A stretch of DNA of 64,000 nucleotides. Source: Escherichia coli (GTDB lineage Bacteria > Pseudomonadota > Gammaproteobacteria > Enterobacterales > Enterobacteriaceae). Positions 21,424 to 32,972 of this stretch are shown in pieces; the stretch's first letter is position 1; each line of letters starts with the position of its first letter. The notes below the pieces were generated by a model. It was given only the letters and a program-made list of their open reading frames with translations. It made no database searches and was not told the DNA's origin. The translations under genes and the position numbers were made by a program. The stretch lies in NCBI RefSeq assembly GCF_030013205.1, contig NZ_CP122648.1, one strand, 5' to 3'.

Positions 21424-23079
21424 TTAACTCATCACGCGGTCGTCAACATACTGACGTTTATCCGGCGCTGGCGGGAAATACTGATACAGCCATGTTTCAC
21501 TGATAGCGTCGCCCTGACAACGCAGATACATCCGCATATCGACCGGATCAGTGGAGTCCGAAGTCGGATACCAGTCAAACTGAATACGATAACCATCAAT
21601 GGGTTCAATATAGAGAATTTCGATTTGCTTCGCTTCCCCACTGGAAAGCGTAATCACCGGCTCAATGCCTTTTGGCGCGGCAGCTTTCAGATCACCACCA
21701 ACGAAATCGACGGCAAAACGACGCGCCCATTTTTCGGGATAGTGTTCACCTGGCGCCCAACCTTCCGGGAAACCACCCATGCCGGTACGCGTCGCCATAA
21801 CGCGCGCTAATGGGCAATGAACAGGCGGTTGCGCACTCCAGTACAGACGATACTGGAATGCAAACTCATCACCCGCTTTTACAGCTTTTTCTGGCTGCCA
21901 GAAGCAGACAATGTTATCCAGCGTTTCGCCCGTTGTTGGGATTTCCATCAGGCCGATGGTGCCCTTACCCCACTTGTTACGCGGTTCCACCCACAGACTT
22001 GGGCGTTTGTTATACCAGCCCATAATGTCCTGATAATGAGAGAAATCACGATCCAGTTGCAATAGACCAAACCCTTTCGGGTTGTTGTCGGTGTAAGCAT
22101 TGAACTGCAATTTTTGCGGATTATTCAGCGGACGGCAAATCCACTCGCCATTGCCCCGCCACATGGACAGACGATCTGAGTCATGGATTTGCGGATGAAT
22201 GGTGTCGCACATCCGACGTTCATTAGTACCGCAGCTGAACATGCTGGTCATCGGCGCAATGCCCAGCTGTTTAATGTCTTTGCGCGCATACAGGTGATTT
22301 TCCACATCCATAATCACCTGACTTTTCTCACAATGGATAGTGAACTTATAGGCACCAGTAATGCTGGCGCTATCGAGCAACGCATAAACGGTAAAGGTGG
22401 TTGCCCCCGGTTTTACCGTATCAAACCAGAAGGCAGTAAAGTCGGGGAACTCTTCTTTACTGTCGGTGTAAGTGTCGATCGCCAGGCCGCGAGCCGATAG
22501 ACCGTATTGATATGTATCATCAACCGCGCGGAAATAACTCGCGCCGAGGAATGATACGACATCACGGCGCGCCAGTTCGGGGGCTTTAAACACGCGAAAA
22601 CCGGCAAAACCGAGATCGCTTTGCCCTTCTAATTGTTTGGTATCAACACCCGCATCGTTGTATTTGAACAACTCCGGGCGAAAGTGAATTTCACGCGCCA
22701 GATGTGTTGCGGGATCAACAGAAAACATACGAACGCGGCGACGGAATCCCATTCCCATATGGAAGAACTGAGCGTCCAGTTGACGGTTCTCAACGTTATG
22801 CCAGAGCGATTTTTCGGCGTCGTATTGAATACTGTTATAAGCCTGCGGCGTCATTGTCGCCAGCGTGTCAGGTAACGGACGAGGCGCACCACGCCACGCT
22901 GTTTGCGCTAAGTCGTGCGCCATTGACTGTAGAATGGAGAAGTCAAAACGTTGGGTTTGCCCGTCGGCAATATCAGAATCTGCCGCGAATGCCGCCTGAG
23001 AAAAAAGAGAAGCAATGCCGCTGGTACCGCACACGGCGGCCATAGCCATTGAACCTTTAATAAATCGTCTACGATCCAT
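21424..23079 (-). CDS. opgD: Osmoregulated periplasmic glucan biosynthesis protein D
   Basis: 551 aa; Tat-type signal ([16 protein letters not shown]). Confidence 0.9.
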   Translation of the reverse strand: MDRRRFIKGSMAMAAVCGTSGIASLFSQAAFAADSDIADGQTQRFDFSILQSMAHDLAQTAWRGAPRPLPDTLATMTPQAYNSIQYDAEKSLWHNVENRQLDAQFFHMGMGFRRRVRMFSVDPATHLAREIHFRPELFKYNDAGVDTKQLEGQSDLGFAGFRVFKAPELARRDVVSFLGASYFRAVDDTYQYGLSARGLAIDTYTDSKEEFPDFTAFWFDTVKPGATTFTVYALLDSASITGAYKFTIHCEKSQVIMDVENHLYARKDIKQLGIAPMTSMFSCGTNERRMCDTIHPQIHDSDRLSMWRGNGEWICRPLNNPQKLQFNAYTDNNPKGFGLLQLDRDFSHYQDIMGWYNKRPSLWVEPRNKWGKGTIGLMEIPTTGETLDNIVCFWQPEKAVKAGDEFAFQYRLYWSAQPPVHCPLARVMATRTGMGGFPEGWAPGEHYPEKWARRFAVDFVGGDLKAAAPKGIEPVITLSSGEAKQIEILYIEPIDGYRIQFDWYPTSDSTDPVDMRMYLRCQGDAISETWLYQYFPPAPDKRQYVDDRVMS

Positions 23080-23303
23080 ACCTGAAAGTGAGTCCTTCTG
23101 GTGTTGTGAATGGTCCCGCGCTGGTCGTTTTCAGCGGCAAGAAAGTGCTTATTTATGACCGCTCACTCTAGACAATATTTATTAATAATCCAATTGTTGA
23201 ACTGAGAGAATATGCATAAATCGGCAATTTTTTTATGTCGATGGGATGAGCCTGATTCGTTTGTAAAATCAGGCAAATTTTTGCAAAGGCGGATGGTCAG
23301 AAT

Positions 23304-24647
23304 TTAAAGCAAACCACAGCGACGTTTACTGCGTTCTTCCGCTTCCTGATAAAGCTGGAACTCATCCAAAACCGGGCAGCCCAACGCCTGCTCAAATGCT
23401 TCGCGACTGGCATTACCGTGACTGCGTGCCTGCGTTTCATTACCCAGATTTGACTGGAAGATCCCCGCCGCGCTAACAGGCAAGAAATCTTCATAGGTAA
23501 TGGGTTGCGCCACTACCCAACCACGTTCAATTAAGGGCTGTGGATCGTCTCCGGAATGAATCGCCTGACGATGCGCCTCACCTGAAGGCGTCAGACGGTA
23601 CCGGAACCATGCCAACCCTTGCTGACGCATTAAAAACTCACTGTCAGGAAAAGTGCGGAAGGTTTCCTGTAAATGCATTTGGTGAGTGAGATTATCCTGC
23701 CCGGTTCCAGCGTTACGCAGAAGATCATCATACAGTTGTCGCCCTTTCGGCGTTAATGCCACACCACGCTGCTCTATTTCACCAAAGCGCGCGGTATGCG
23801 TACCCTGTTTCTGCCCTGCAAACAACACCGTCTCTTCCAGTGCTTTAAAGCTGGTCTGGCGTAGTAAAATCGGTACCTCGCGGCGCGGCGGCCCTTCGAT
23901 CAGAATTTTGGGTTCAATCCCGCATTCAGGCATCATCGACTGCACCCGGTCAATATCCAGCGTACGTGGCGTCAGGTGGTTGATATGGCATCCAGGAAAA
24001 CAGACCACATCAGCAATCAACCGATGTTCGTTGTGCAAGGCGCGATAGGTTTCTTCATCTACCGTTGCTGACTGGTGCCAACGAAACGTTTCCAGGGCTT
24101 CCTGCACAAACTCCTGTGCCTGTGTTTCGTTAAAACCGCCCCGCTGCTCATATTCCTCTAACAGTTGTCGACAACGTGGGGTGAAGATATCGCGCTGACG
24201 CAGAATCTCCTCCGCTTTCTGGCGCAAAATTTCGTTCTCGATAAGCTCAAGGCGGAGTAATGAAGTAAAAACGCGGAAGGGATTACGCGCCAGAGAAGCA
24301 TCATCAATGGGCCGAAATGCTGTGGAATGTACCGGCACTCCCGCCTGCGAGAGATCGTAATAGCTCACCGGGTACATCCCCATAATGGCAAACATCCGCC
24401 GAAGAGTAGCAAGCTCTTGTGCAGTCCCAACACGAATCGCCCCATGACGTTCAACATTCAGTCGCGCCAGCTCGTCTGCATTTACCATTTTTTCGTGCAG
24501 TTGAGGATTGTTTTCCAGCACAGCCAGATTCACATCAGCTACCAGTTCCAGCAGCGTGCCGTACTGCGGAACTTCTTGCTGGTACATGGCTGACATTGCC
24601 TGCGAAAACTGTTCCCGAATCTCATCCGCCGTGATGCTGTTCGCCAT
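23304..24647 (-). CDS. ydcJ: Uncharacterized protein (DUF1338)
   Basis: 447 aa ORF; divergent from ydcI. Confidence 0.85.
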   Translation of the reverse strand: MANSITADEIREQFSQAMSAMYQQEVPQYGTLLELVADVNLAVLENNPQLHEKMVNADELARLNVERHGAIRVGTAQELATLRRMFAIMGMYPVSYYDLSQAGVPVHSTAFRPIDDASLARNPFRVFTSLLRLELIENEILRQKAEEILRQRDIFTPRCRQLLEEYEQRGGFNETQAQEFVQEALETFRWHQSATVDEETYRALHNEHRLIADVVCFPGCHINHLTPRTLDIDRVQSMMPECGIEPKILIEGPPRREVPILLRQTSFKALEETVLFAGQKQGTHTARFGEIEQRGVALTPKGRQLYDDLLRNAGTGQDNLTHQMHLQETFRTFPDSEFLMRQQGLAWFRYRLTPSGEAHRQAIHSGDDPQPLIERGWVVAQPITYEDFLPVSAAGIFQSNLGNETQARSHGNASREAFEQALGCPVLDEFQLYQEAEERSKRRCGLL

Positions 24648-24863
24648 AGTGTCTGCCTCCAGTGGTCAGTAATCTGGAGTGTAGGTAACCGCATTCACTC
24701 CGGCGGGAAGAATTTACAAACTGTGATCTCGCCGCGAAAACATCAATATTATCCATTTTGCTGTAACATAATTGCTTTAATTGTTAATAATATTTTGCAA
24801 TCAAGTTATCATAATCAAACAACTTCACTTGTCAGCGACACCGCTTCGTTTTTAACATCGCTT

Positions 24864-25787
24864 ATGGAAAAAAATAGTCTGTTTAGTCAGCGCATCCGTT
24901 TGCGCCACCTTCATACATTCGTAGCTGTCGCACAACAAGGAACTTTGGGGCGCGCGGCTGAAACCCTTAATTTGAGTCAACCTGCGCTCTCTAAGACATT
25001 GAATGAACTGGAGCAGCTGACGGGCGCTCGCTTGTTTGAGCGTGGTCGTCAGGGGGCGCAACTTACTTTACCCGGCGAACAATTTTTAACGCATGCAGTC
25101 AGAGTTCTTGACGCCATCAACACTGCCGGACAGTCGCTTCATCGTAAAGAAGGTCTTAATAATGATGTCGTCAGGGTTGGTGCACTACCTACTGCGGCAC
25201 TGGGGATATTACCTTCGGTTATAGGTCAGTTTCATCAGCAACAAAAAGAAACGACCTTGCAAGTTGCGACAATGAGTAACCCTATGATTCTGGCGGGTTT
25301 GAAAACCGGGGAAATCGATATCGGCATTGGTCGGATGTCAGATCCTGAACTGATGACCGGGCTTAATTACGAACTGCTGTTTCTTGAATCGCTGAAGCTG
25401 GTTGTCCGCCCTAATCACCCGCTACTTCAGGAAAACGTAACGCTAAGCCGGGTGCTGGAATGGCCGGTCGTTGTATCACCAGAAGGCACTGCGCCACGCC
25501 AGCATTCAGATGCATTAGTGCAGAGCCAGGGATGTAAAATTCCTTCGGGTTGTATCGAAACGCTGTCTGCTTCGTTATCTCGTCAACTTACGGTTGAATA
25601 CGATTACGTGTGGTTTGTCCCTTCTGGCGCTGTAAAAGACGACCTGCGTCATGCCACGCTGGTGGCCCTGCCTGTTCCGGGACATGGTGCAGGCGAACCG
25701 ATTGGAATACTGACCCGCGTAGATGCGACGTTCTCTTCTGGTTGCCAGTTGATGATTAACGCTATTCGAAAATCAATGCCGTTCTGA
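24864..25787 (+). CDS. ydcI: LysR-family transcriptional regulator
   Basis: ORF 24723..25787; start at the internal Met (MEKNSLFSQRIRLRHLHTFVAVAQ...) giving 307 aa; LysR HTH. Confidence 0.85.
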   Translation: MEKNSLFSQRIRLRHLHTFVAVAQQGTLGRAAETLNLSQPALSKTLNELEQLTGARLFERGRQGAQLTLPGEQFLTHAVRVLDAINTAGQSLHRKEGLNNDVVRVGALPTAALGILPSVIGQFHQQQKETTLQVATMSNPMILAGLKTGEIDIGIGRMSDPELMTGLNYELLFLESLKLVVRPNHPLLQENVTLSRVLEWPVVVSPEGTAPRQHSDALVQSQGCKIPSGCIETLSASLSRQLTVEYDYVWFVPSGAVKDDLRHATLVALPVPGHGAGEPIGILTRVDATFSSGCQLMINAIRKSMPF

Positions 25788-25824
25788 AAGGTGAAGGGAT
25801 CTGTCGATCCCTCCTTTAACATTT

Positions 25825-27465
25825 TCACACCGTAGCGAAACTAACTGGTTTATCAACTCCGCGAGGTTCTGCGGACACAGAATGTTTGTTCAGACGGAAT
25901 ACGTCCACCGCCTCAGTTAATCGTGCAGCCTGTTCTTCAAGGGACACCGCCGCTGCTGAGGCTTCTTCTACCAGAGAAGCATTCTGTTGCGTCACCTTAT
26001 CCATTTCAGAAATCGCCTGGCTAACCTGCGTTATGCCCCTACTTTGCTCATCCGAGGCGGCGGCAATTTCCTGCATGATATGTGTGACACTCGCGACGGC
26101 ATCAACAATAGTGCTCATGGTTTTCCCTGCCGTTGCCACCTCATCCGACCCCAGGTCAATTAACCTGACTGATTCACTGATCAAGCCTTCAATCTCTTTC
26201 GCCGCCTGAGCGCTGCGGCTTGCGAGTGTCCGTACTTCGCTGGCGACAACGGCAAATCCACGTCCTTGCTCACCCGCTCGCGCGGCTTCAACGGCAGCAT
26301 TCAATGCCAGAATATTCGTCTGGAAAGCAATACTGTTGATGACGGCGGTGATCTCGGAAATTTTCTTCGAACTCGTGGAGATAGCGCCCATCGTTTTTAC
26401 TACACCGGAAACCGTCTGCCCGCCATCGCTGGCTTTAATAGAAGCCTCCTGCGCCAGTTTGCTGGCATGATGCGCGTTATCTGCATTCTGTTTCACCGTC
26501 GCAGTGAGTTGCTCCATGCTGGCGGCAGTTTGTTCAATTGCCGCCGCTTGTTCTTCAGTGCGAGATGAAAGGTCCGCATTGCCAGCGGAAATTTCGCTGG
26601 TGCCACGATAAATCTCTTCCGCGCCCTGTCGAACGGTCCCTACTGTCATCCCCAGCGAATGCTGCATTTGCTGTAAATGACGACTTAAGCGACCGATTTC
26701 ATTACGACCCGCCGGTTCATCATTCAACGTCAGATCGCCACTGGCGATTTTTTCAATCCGTTGTGCGGCATGTTGCAGTGGACGAATGACAATCCGACGT
26801 AGCACCATAAATGTTATCAGTGTCATGACCAGAGCAAGCACAAACGCGCCAATCATGAACATCCCACCCAAGCGGGTGCGCTGATGGGCCAGTTCCGCCA
26901 GTTGGTTGGCTCTGGTGCTACGTATCTTAACGGCTTTGCTCAAAATATCGGTATAAGCATTATCCAGCGGTCGGATCTGCTCACTTTCATGATTGATAAT
27001 CGCTTCAAACATGCCATTTTTGGCATATTTCAACATCGGTTGCATACCCGTGATATAAGCCTGGAAGCGTTGATTTAATTCAGTGTCGAGGGCTTCATCA
27101 GCAGGTGTTTTCACCGACCGATTCTGATAAGCACGATAACCTTGCTGCGACTGTTTAATCTCCGATTCGGCTTGCGCAATATTTCGCTTCATTGCTTCCA
27201 TTTCCGCAATACGACTCGCAGCACCGGCCTGAATCATATTGATCCGGGCTGAACGCAAAAAATCTGAACTGTTCGCTAACCCGGTCCGAATCTCAATCTC
27301 CGCAGTAACATCACGCTGATCGCGATCGGCCTGCCAAAGGAAATAGCCGGCCAGGGCTGAACTTAATGCGAATAGAACTAAGATACCGCCAAGAATGCAG
27401 GCAAATAACGGAACCAGCCTGATGTGATGCAAAAAACCTAATCGCTGTGAGGGAGTTGTATTCAT
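25825..27465 (-). CDS. trg: Methyl-accepting chemotaxis protein III (ribose/galactose sensor)
   Basis: 546 aa; two TM segments, HAMP domain, conserved MCP signalling domain with methylation-site context. Confidence 0.9.
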   Translation of the reverse strand: MNTTPSQRLGFLHHIRLVPLFACILGGILVLFALSSALAGYFLWQADRDQRDVTAEIEIRTGLANSSDFLRSARINMIQAGAASRIAEMEAMKRNIAQAESEIKQSQQGYRAYQNRSVKTPADEALDTELNQRFQAYITGMQPMLKYAKNGMFEAIINHESEQIRPLDNAYTDILSKAVKIRSTRANQLAELAHQRTRLGGMFMIGAFVLALVMTLITFMVLRRIVIRPLQHAAQRIEKIASGDLTLNDEPAGRNEIGRLSRHLQQMQHSLGMTVGTVRQGAEEIYRGTSEISAGNADLSSRTEEQAAAIEQTAASMEQLTATVKQNADNAHHASKLAQEASIKASDGGQTVSGVVKTMGAISTSSKKISEITAVINSIAFQTNILALNAAVEAARAGEQGRGFAVVASEVRTLASRSAQAAKEIEGLISESVRLIDLGSDEVATAGKTMSTIVDAVASVTHIMQEIAAASDEQSRGITQVSQAISEMDKVTQQNASLVEEASAAAVSLEEQAARLTEAVDVFRLNKHSVSAEPRGVDKPVSFATV

Positions 27466-27761
27466 TACCGTTGTCTCTCTTCCAGGTTTACTCCTGATAG
27501 AAAGTCATCGGCACTTGACGGTAATTTCTTACGACCAAAAACCTCTTTGCGTCACATTTTTACAACAATTATGGCAGAGAAGAATAATGCCATTGGAATG
27601 AAGAGAGTAACGAATGATTAAACTGGCTAAACCGAATGACGAAAAATTCTGGAAAACAGCACGCAATTTCGTGAAGTGATTATTTTCGTCCCTAAGGAAA
27701 CCTCATAGGATGCCTGCGGGTGCCTGAGACTTTCTGTTTTCAGGCTAACCGGGAATCAGAA

Positions 27762-27805
27762 AGACGAAGGCCCCGACCGATATTTCTATCAACCGAGGCC
27801 AACGA

Positions 27806-27817
<12 letters not shown>
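27762..27817 (-). ncRNA. sokB: Sok-type antisense RNA of the hokB/mokB type I TA locus (approximate bounds)
   Basis: Minus-strand sigma70-like promoter (TTGCCT-17 bp-TAACAT) inside the mokB 5' region; downstream GC-rich hairpin plus U-rich tract about 55 nt away. Confidence 0.4.
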
Positions 27818-28013
<196 letters not shown>

Positions 28014-28084
28014 GGGCAAGCGCGGGGATTTTCCCCGCGCATCTGACTAGCAGATTCATTTTCTCATGGCACCCCTTTTACACT

Positions 28085-28258
28085 TCAGTTAGTGCATGTT
28101 TTTTTCGATGCACTAATAGAACCATCATTACAGACAAATTTGCCGCCTGCCGTACAGTGTGAGATCCCCCCTTTCGAACCAGAACAGGGTTTGCGCCCGG
28201 CATCGGCATAAAAGGAAACAAGCGTTCCCATAAACAAGATAAGTGCCAGTTTTTTCAT
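28085..28258 (-). CDS. ydcA: Small secreted Cys-rich protein, 57 aa
   Basis: Hand-translated MKKLALILFMGTLVSFYADAGRKPCSGSKGGISHCTAGGKFVCNDGSISASKKTCTN; signal peptide; RBS ggaggt upstream. Confidence 0.7.
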   Translation of the reverse strand: MKKLALILFMGTLVSFYADAGRKPCSGSKGGISHCTAGGKFVCNDGSISASKKTCTN

Positions 28259-28428
28259 ATAACCTCCATGGTTTATCGAATCTTATGTTCGATTTGAACG
28301 TTATACGCTGGTTTATTTTGATACCGTTGATGAGATCAAAGATCGGGCGAATTGATTAAAGATAAGCCAGATGGACGTATGGATAAGGATTATGGTTTTA
28401 TTTGTCATACAAATAAATATAATAGGCG

Positions 28429-28493
28429 CTTCCGATGTAGACCCGTATTCTTCGCCTGTACCACGGGTCGGTTTTAGTACAGGCGTTTTCTTT
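28429..28493 (+). ncRNA. rydC: Hfq-dependent small RNA RydC
   Basis: About 64 nt (cttccgatgtagacccgtattcttcgcctgtaccacgggtcggttttagtacaggcgttttctt) ending in a GC-rich hairpin (cgcctgtac/gtacaggcg) plus T-run; sits just downstream of cybB on the opposite strand. Confidence 0.6.
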
Positions 28494-28502
28494 AAATATC
28501 CT

Positions 28503-29033
28503 TCAGGAACGTTTACGCGGCATCATGCGTAGAAGTGTGTTGTCCTTCCAGAAATAGTGGTGTGCCAGTGCAGCCGCAGCGTGCAACCCGATGACAAAAT
28601 ATCCCAGATTCGCCAGCGTCTCATGCCACGACTTTAAGCTATCAACCCGTTCGAAATTGGCCTCTGATGCATAAGGCATCGTCATACCAAACGCAAACCA
28701 CGGGTTACCCCGGTTATACATCATCACCAAACCAATCACTGGCAGCGCAATAAACAGGAGATAGATCACCAAATGTCCCAAATGCGCCAGTCCCGTCATC
28801 ATCGGTTTTGGCTTAGGTATAATCGGCGGGGTTGGGTATTTCAGCCTTAACAAAAGACGAACCACCATCAGCACGAGAATTGATATGCCACAGGAAACAT
28901 GAATCATGTTGATGAGTGGTCGATCGCTACGTGGGAAGAAACCCCGAAACTCCATTGCGCAATACGCTGCGATAACCAGCAAAAAGACCAGCCAGTGAAT
29001 GCTGATTTGTAACCTTGAGTATTTATTTTCCAT
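28503..29033 (-). CDS. cybB: Cytochrome b561
   Basis: ORF 28503..29069; start at the internal Met (MENKYSRLQISIHWLVF...) giving 176 aa; four TM helices with conserved His. Confidence 0.85.
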   Translation of the reverse strand: MENKYSRLQISIHWLVFLLVIAAYCAMEFRGFFPRSDRPLINMIHVSCGISILVLMVVRLLLRLKYPTPPIIPKPKPMMTGLAHLGHLVIYLLFIALPVIGLVMMYNRGNPWFAFGMTMPYASEANFERVDSLKSWHETLANLGYFVIGLHAAAALAHHYFWKDNTLLRMMPRKRS

Positions 29034-29221
29034 AACATTTCCTGCTTTAAAACAATTTTCCGTTAACATAACGAGCTTTTCTTAAAATTTCATTAAATAT
29101 TGTTCACCCGTTTTCAGTACGTTACGTTTCACTGTAAGAATGGAGATTGCCCATCCCACAATCCTGGGCTAAGCCTGGAAAGGATCAATTTTCATCCGAA
29201 CGTTCCTGACAGGAGAAAACC

Positions 29222-30223
29222 ATGAGTAAAGTTGGTATTAACGGTTTTGGTCGTATCGGTCGACTGGTGTTGCGTCGATTACTTGAAGTCAAAAGCAACA
29301 TAGACGTTGTCGCTATTAATGATCTCACTTCCCCAAAAATTCTCGCCTACCTGCTGAAACATGATTCAAACTACGGACCGTTCCCCTGGAGCGTTGATTT
29401 TACGGAAGATTCACTTATCGTTGATGGAAAAAGCATCGCGGTTTACGCCGAAAAAGAGGCTAAAAATATTCCGTGGAAAGCGAAAGGCGCAGAAATCATT
29501 GTCGAATGTACTGGCTTTTATACCTCCGCCGAGAAATCGCAGGCGCATCTTGATGCTGGTGCGAAGAAGGTGTTGATTTCCGCCCCTGCCGGTGAAATGA
29601 AAACCATCGTTTATAACGTCAATGACGACACACTGGATGGCAACGACACCATTGTTTCCGTGGCGTCATGCACCACTAATTGTCTTGCACCGATGGCCAA
29701 AGCCTTGCACGACAGTTTCGGAATAGAAGTCGGCACGATGACGACCATTCATGCCTATACCGGCACTCAGTCACTGGTGGATGGCCCGCGTGGTAAAGAT
29801 CTACGCGCTTCACGTGCAGCGGCAGAAAATATCATTCCCCACACTACGGGGGCGGCAAAAGCCATTGGTCTGGTGATCCCAGAACTGAGCGGCAAACTGA
29901 AAGGTCATGCACAACGCGTACCCGTGAAAACCGGTTCGGTGACTGAACTGGTGTCTATTCTTGGAAAAAAAGTGACTGCCGAAGAGGTGAACAACGCGCT
30001 TAAAAACGCGACAAACAATAACGAGTCATTTGGTTATACCGATGAAGAAATAGTCTCTTCTGATATCATAGGCAGCCATTTCGGGTCGGTGTTTGATGCC
30101 ACGCAAACCGAAATTACCGCCGTGGGCGATTTACAACTGGTGAAAACGGTCGCCTGGTACGATAACGAATATGGCTTCGTCACACAGCTCATTCGCACCC
30201 TCGAAAAATTCGCTAAACTCTGA
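29222..30223 (+). CDS. gapC: Glyceraldehyde-3-phosphate dehydrogenase (intact)
   Basis: 333 aa uninterrupted ORF; NAD-binding GFGRIGR and active-site SCTTNCLAP motifs. Confidence 0.85.
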   Translation: MSKVGINGFGRIGRLVLRRLLEVKSNIDVVAINDLTSPKILAYLLKHDSNYGPFPWSVDFTEDSLIVDGKSIAVYAEKEAKNIPWKAKGAEIIVECTGFYTSAEKSQAHLDAGAKKVLISAPAGEMKTIVYNVNDDTLDGNDTIVSVASCTTNCLAPMAKALHDSFGIEVGTMTTIHAYTGTQSLVDGPRGKDLRASRAAAENIIPHTTGAAKAIGLVIPELSGKLKGHAQRVPVKTGSVTELVSILGKKVTAEEVNNALKNATNNNESFGYTDEEIVSSDIIGSHFGSVFDATQTEITAVGDLQLVKTVAWYDNEYGFVTQLIRTLEKFAKL

Positions 30224-30229
30224 CGCACA

Positions 30230-30256
30230 CAGGCGGAGGAAAAAACCTCCGCCTCT
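30230..30256. terminator. Bidirectional terminator between convergent gapC and aldA
   Basis: Hairpin aggcggagg-aaaaaa-cctccgcct flanked by T-rich sequence. Confidence 0.6.
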
Positions 30257-30264
30257 TTCACTCA

Positions 30265-31704
30265 TTACGACTGTAAATAAACCACCTGGGTCTGCAGGTA
30301 TTCATGCAGGCCATGTTTGCCATCTGCGCCGCCAATACCGGATTTACGCCATCCGGCGTGGAATCCTTGCATAGCTTCGAAGTTTTCACGGTTGAAGTAA
30401 GTTTCACCAAACTTCAGCCCTTTAATGGCTTTCATCGCGACGTTCAGATTTTGGGTATAGATTGATGAGGTCAGGCCGTAATCACTGTCATTAGCCATTG
30501 CGATAGCATCTTCCAGCGTGTCAAATGCGACCACCGGCAGAACCGGGCCAAAGGTTTCCTCATGCATAATCGACATTTCCTGGCGAACATCCAGCAGCAA
30601 TGTCGGCGGATAATAATATCCTTTCCCCTCTACTGCTTTTCCACCCAACGCCACTCTCGCCCCTTCTTCTACTGCGCGCGCCACTTTTTGCTCGACCCTT
30701 TCCAGCGCCGCGGCGTTAATCAACGGCCCCATCGCAATGTCGTTGCGTTCAACGGGGTTACCAAATTGCACCGCCTGCATCGCTTCACCCAGCCGATTGA
30801 CAAACTGATCATAAATGCCTTTCTGTACATAAACACGTTCTGCACAGTTACACACTTGCCCACTATTAATGACGCGTGAATCAACGATGGCTTTGACTGC
30901 CAGTTCAAGATCGGCATCGTCCATTACGATAGCCGGTGCTTTACCCCCCAGTTCCAGGCACACTTTGGTGATGTTTTTCGCCGCAGTCGCCATAATCTTT
31001 TCACCTGCAGAGACGCTGCCTGTCATACTGACCATTGCGACCTTTGGGTTACCCGCCAGTTCTTGCCCAACGGTTTCACCACGCCCCAGAACAAGGTTAA
31101 ACACGCCGCGCGGAAGGCCTATTTCATCGACGATTTTGGCGAATGCAATCGCATTGTTTGGCGTAAATTCACTGGGTTTAATGACGATGGTATTACCGGT
31201 CAAAAGAGCGGGAGCCATTTTGCGGGCAATGAGGAAGAACGGGAAGTTCCACGGCAGAATGCCGGTAGTCACGCCAAGCGCACGTTTAAACAGAAGAATA
31301 TTTTCTCCTGGACGATCGCTTTGAATAATCTCGCCTTCATAACGCCGTGCCCACTCCGCCATGTAATCGATATAGTCCGCAGTAAAAGCCACTTCGACTT
31401 CAGCCAGCTGCTGGATCTTACCCCCTTCTTCAACAATCAGCGTACTGATTTCACTGGCGCGTTTGCGGATCCCGGCGGAGATTTTGCGCAACCAACTGGC
31501 GCGTTCAATAGCAGGCAACGCTTCCCATTCTGGTTGTGCACGTTCTGCTGCATCGATTGCCTTACGGGCATCCTCGGCCTGACCATCGGGAATGCGGGAA
31601 ATGACAGCCTCTGTAGCAGGGTTTACCACATCAATCCATGCGTCTCCACGCCAGGTAACAAACTGTCCATCAATATACATAGGATGTTGAACGGGTACTG
31701 ACAT
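30265..31704 (-). CDS. aldA: Lactaldehyde dehydrogenase (NAD-dependent aldehyde dehydrogenase)
   Basis: 479 aa; aldehyde dehydrogenase catalytic motifs (ELGGKAP, GQVCNCAE). Confidence 0.9.
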   Translation of the reverse strand: MSVPVQHPMYIDGQFVTWRGDAWIDVVNPATEAVISRIPDGQAEDARKAIDAAERAQPEWEALPAIERASWLRKISAGIRKRASEISTLIVEEGGKIQQLAEVEVAFTADYIDYMAEWARRYEGEIIQSDRPGENILLFKRALGVTTGILPWNFPFFLIARKMAPALLTGNTIVIKPSEFTPNNAIAFAKIVDEIGLPRGVFNLVLGRGETVGQELAGNPKVAMVSMTGSVSAGEKIMATAAKNITKVCLELGGKAPAIVMDDADLELAVKAIVDSRVINSGQVCNCAERVYVQKGIYDQFVNRLGEAMQAVQFGNPVERNDIAMGPLINAAALERVEQKVARAVEEGARVALGGKAVEGKGYYYPPTLLLDVRQEMSIMHEETFGPVLPVVAFDTLEDAIAMANDSDYGLTSSIYTQNLNVAMKAIKGLKFGETYFNRENFEAMQGFHAGWRKSGIGGADGKHGLHEYLQTQVVYLQS

Positions 31705-31900
31705 GAGCGACTCCTGTGATTTATATGTTTGTTTTTGGTAAATGCATTGTTAATTAACATCAATCATCATAGAGACGGCATCATGAAAGGACAATTCTGT
31801 GAAGGGCTTCATAAAAACAAGTGTAAAAGGAATAAGAGGCAGAAATAAAAGGCAGGAGTTATGCCCGTTTGCAAACAAGTGGTTCACAAACGGGCAATTT

Positions 31901-32701
31901 TTAACGTAACGAGCGACTTTCCATAGCCTCGATGAGCACCGCATCGTGTTTCAGCGTTTGCCATGCATGGATGACTTCTGCCGGAAAATCAACGTGAACA
32001 ATAAAATCTCGCCCGCGGGGACCATAGCCATCGCTATCATCGTGTAAACGCGGCAGCTCGCCAGTGAGTAGTGATAGATAACGCTCAACCGGCCATAATC
32101 CTTGTAACTGATTAATAAAGATTACACTGTCTGCGTTATTTCCTAACTGAGGAACTAATCCGGGATAACTCAACCAGCGTGGTGCATCGGGATTGTCCCC
32201 GGTCATACGGCGGAACGTCGCCATCGTGCGCCGCTGCATGGTGGGGTCCTGAACAACGATAGCCGTATGAACTCGTTCTACGGCCTGATTCAATAGCGCG
32301 ATGCTAAAGCGTGCGTTTTCACCGCAGTTTGTTGACTGGTCTTCAATCCAGATTTTTTCATGCGGAATGTGCCAGAACTGATGAGCGATATCCGCCAGGA
32401 TGGTGGCTTCTGCTCTGCCAGTGGTGCGGATAGTGTTGTAGTGCGGATGCTGTGCGATAGCGCTATACAAAAAAGTTGTCGAGTGACCGATACCACCACT
32501 AATCAGTAGAGGAATTTGCTGATCGCGGGCAATCTTACATGCCGCATCGATAGTCGGCATAACCGCATTGCCTGCAAGGATCACGCAATCGGCCTGATAC
32601 GGCATCTCACCGGAGAAATCATCCTGCGCCAGCCACTGTCCGATAACATTTATGGCATCTATGGTTGCCGTCGAAAGCGTCGGAAACGGGGTATTGTTCA
32701 T
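31901..32701 (-). CDS. ydcF: DUF218-domain protein
   Basis: 266 aa ORF. Confidence 0.85.
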   Translation of the reverse strand: MNNTPFPTLSTATIDAINVIGQWLAQDDFSGEMPYQADCVILAGNAVMPTIDAACKIARDQQIPLLISGGIGHSTTFLYSAIAQHPHYNTIRTTGRAEATILADIAHQFWHIPHEKIWIEDQSTNCGENARFSIALLNQAVERVHTAIVVQDPTMQRRTMATFRRMTGDNPDAPRWLSYPGLVPQLGNNADSVIFINQLQGLWPVERYLSLLTGELPRLHDDSDGYGPRGRDFIVHVDFPAEVIHAWQTLKHDAVLIEAMESRSLR

Positions 32702-32917
32702 GGTTCCTCCTTATCGTTCCCTCAAGAATACTGCGTGAGATAATAGTGAGAAGCGGAGCACTCTGAAAGGAGGAAGTCGTATTTCCTTAACCGCCACTCC
32801 GCAAGCCTGACATATCTTTTAAGGAAATGCTGTAGATAAACATTATTCATCTTGCAGCTGAGAATTGTATTTTTCTGAATTCCTGAATTTTTGCCCTTAC
32901 CGTTTTAGAATTAATAA

Positions 32918-32950
32918 AAAACCCGGCGCTAAATGCTTACCGGGTTTTAG
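32918..32950 (-). terminator. Rho-independent terminator of hrpA
   Basis: Hairpin aacccgg-(14 nt)-ccgggtt followed on the minus strand by a U-tract, about 25 bp after the hrpA stop. Confidence 0.6.
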
Positions 32951-32972
32951 ATTTATCAGGCAAATAGCAGGG

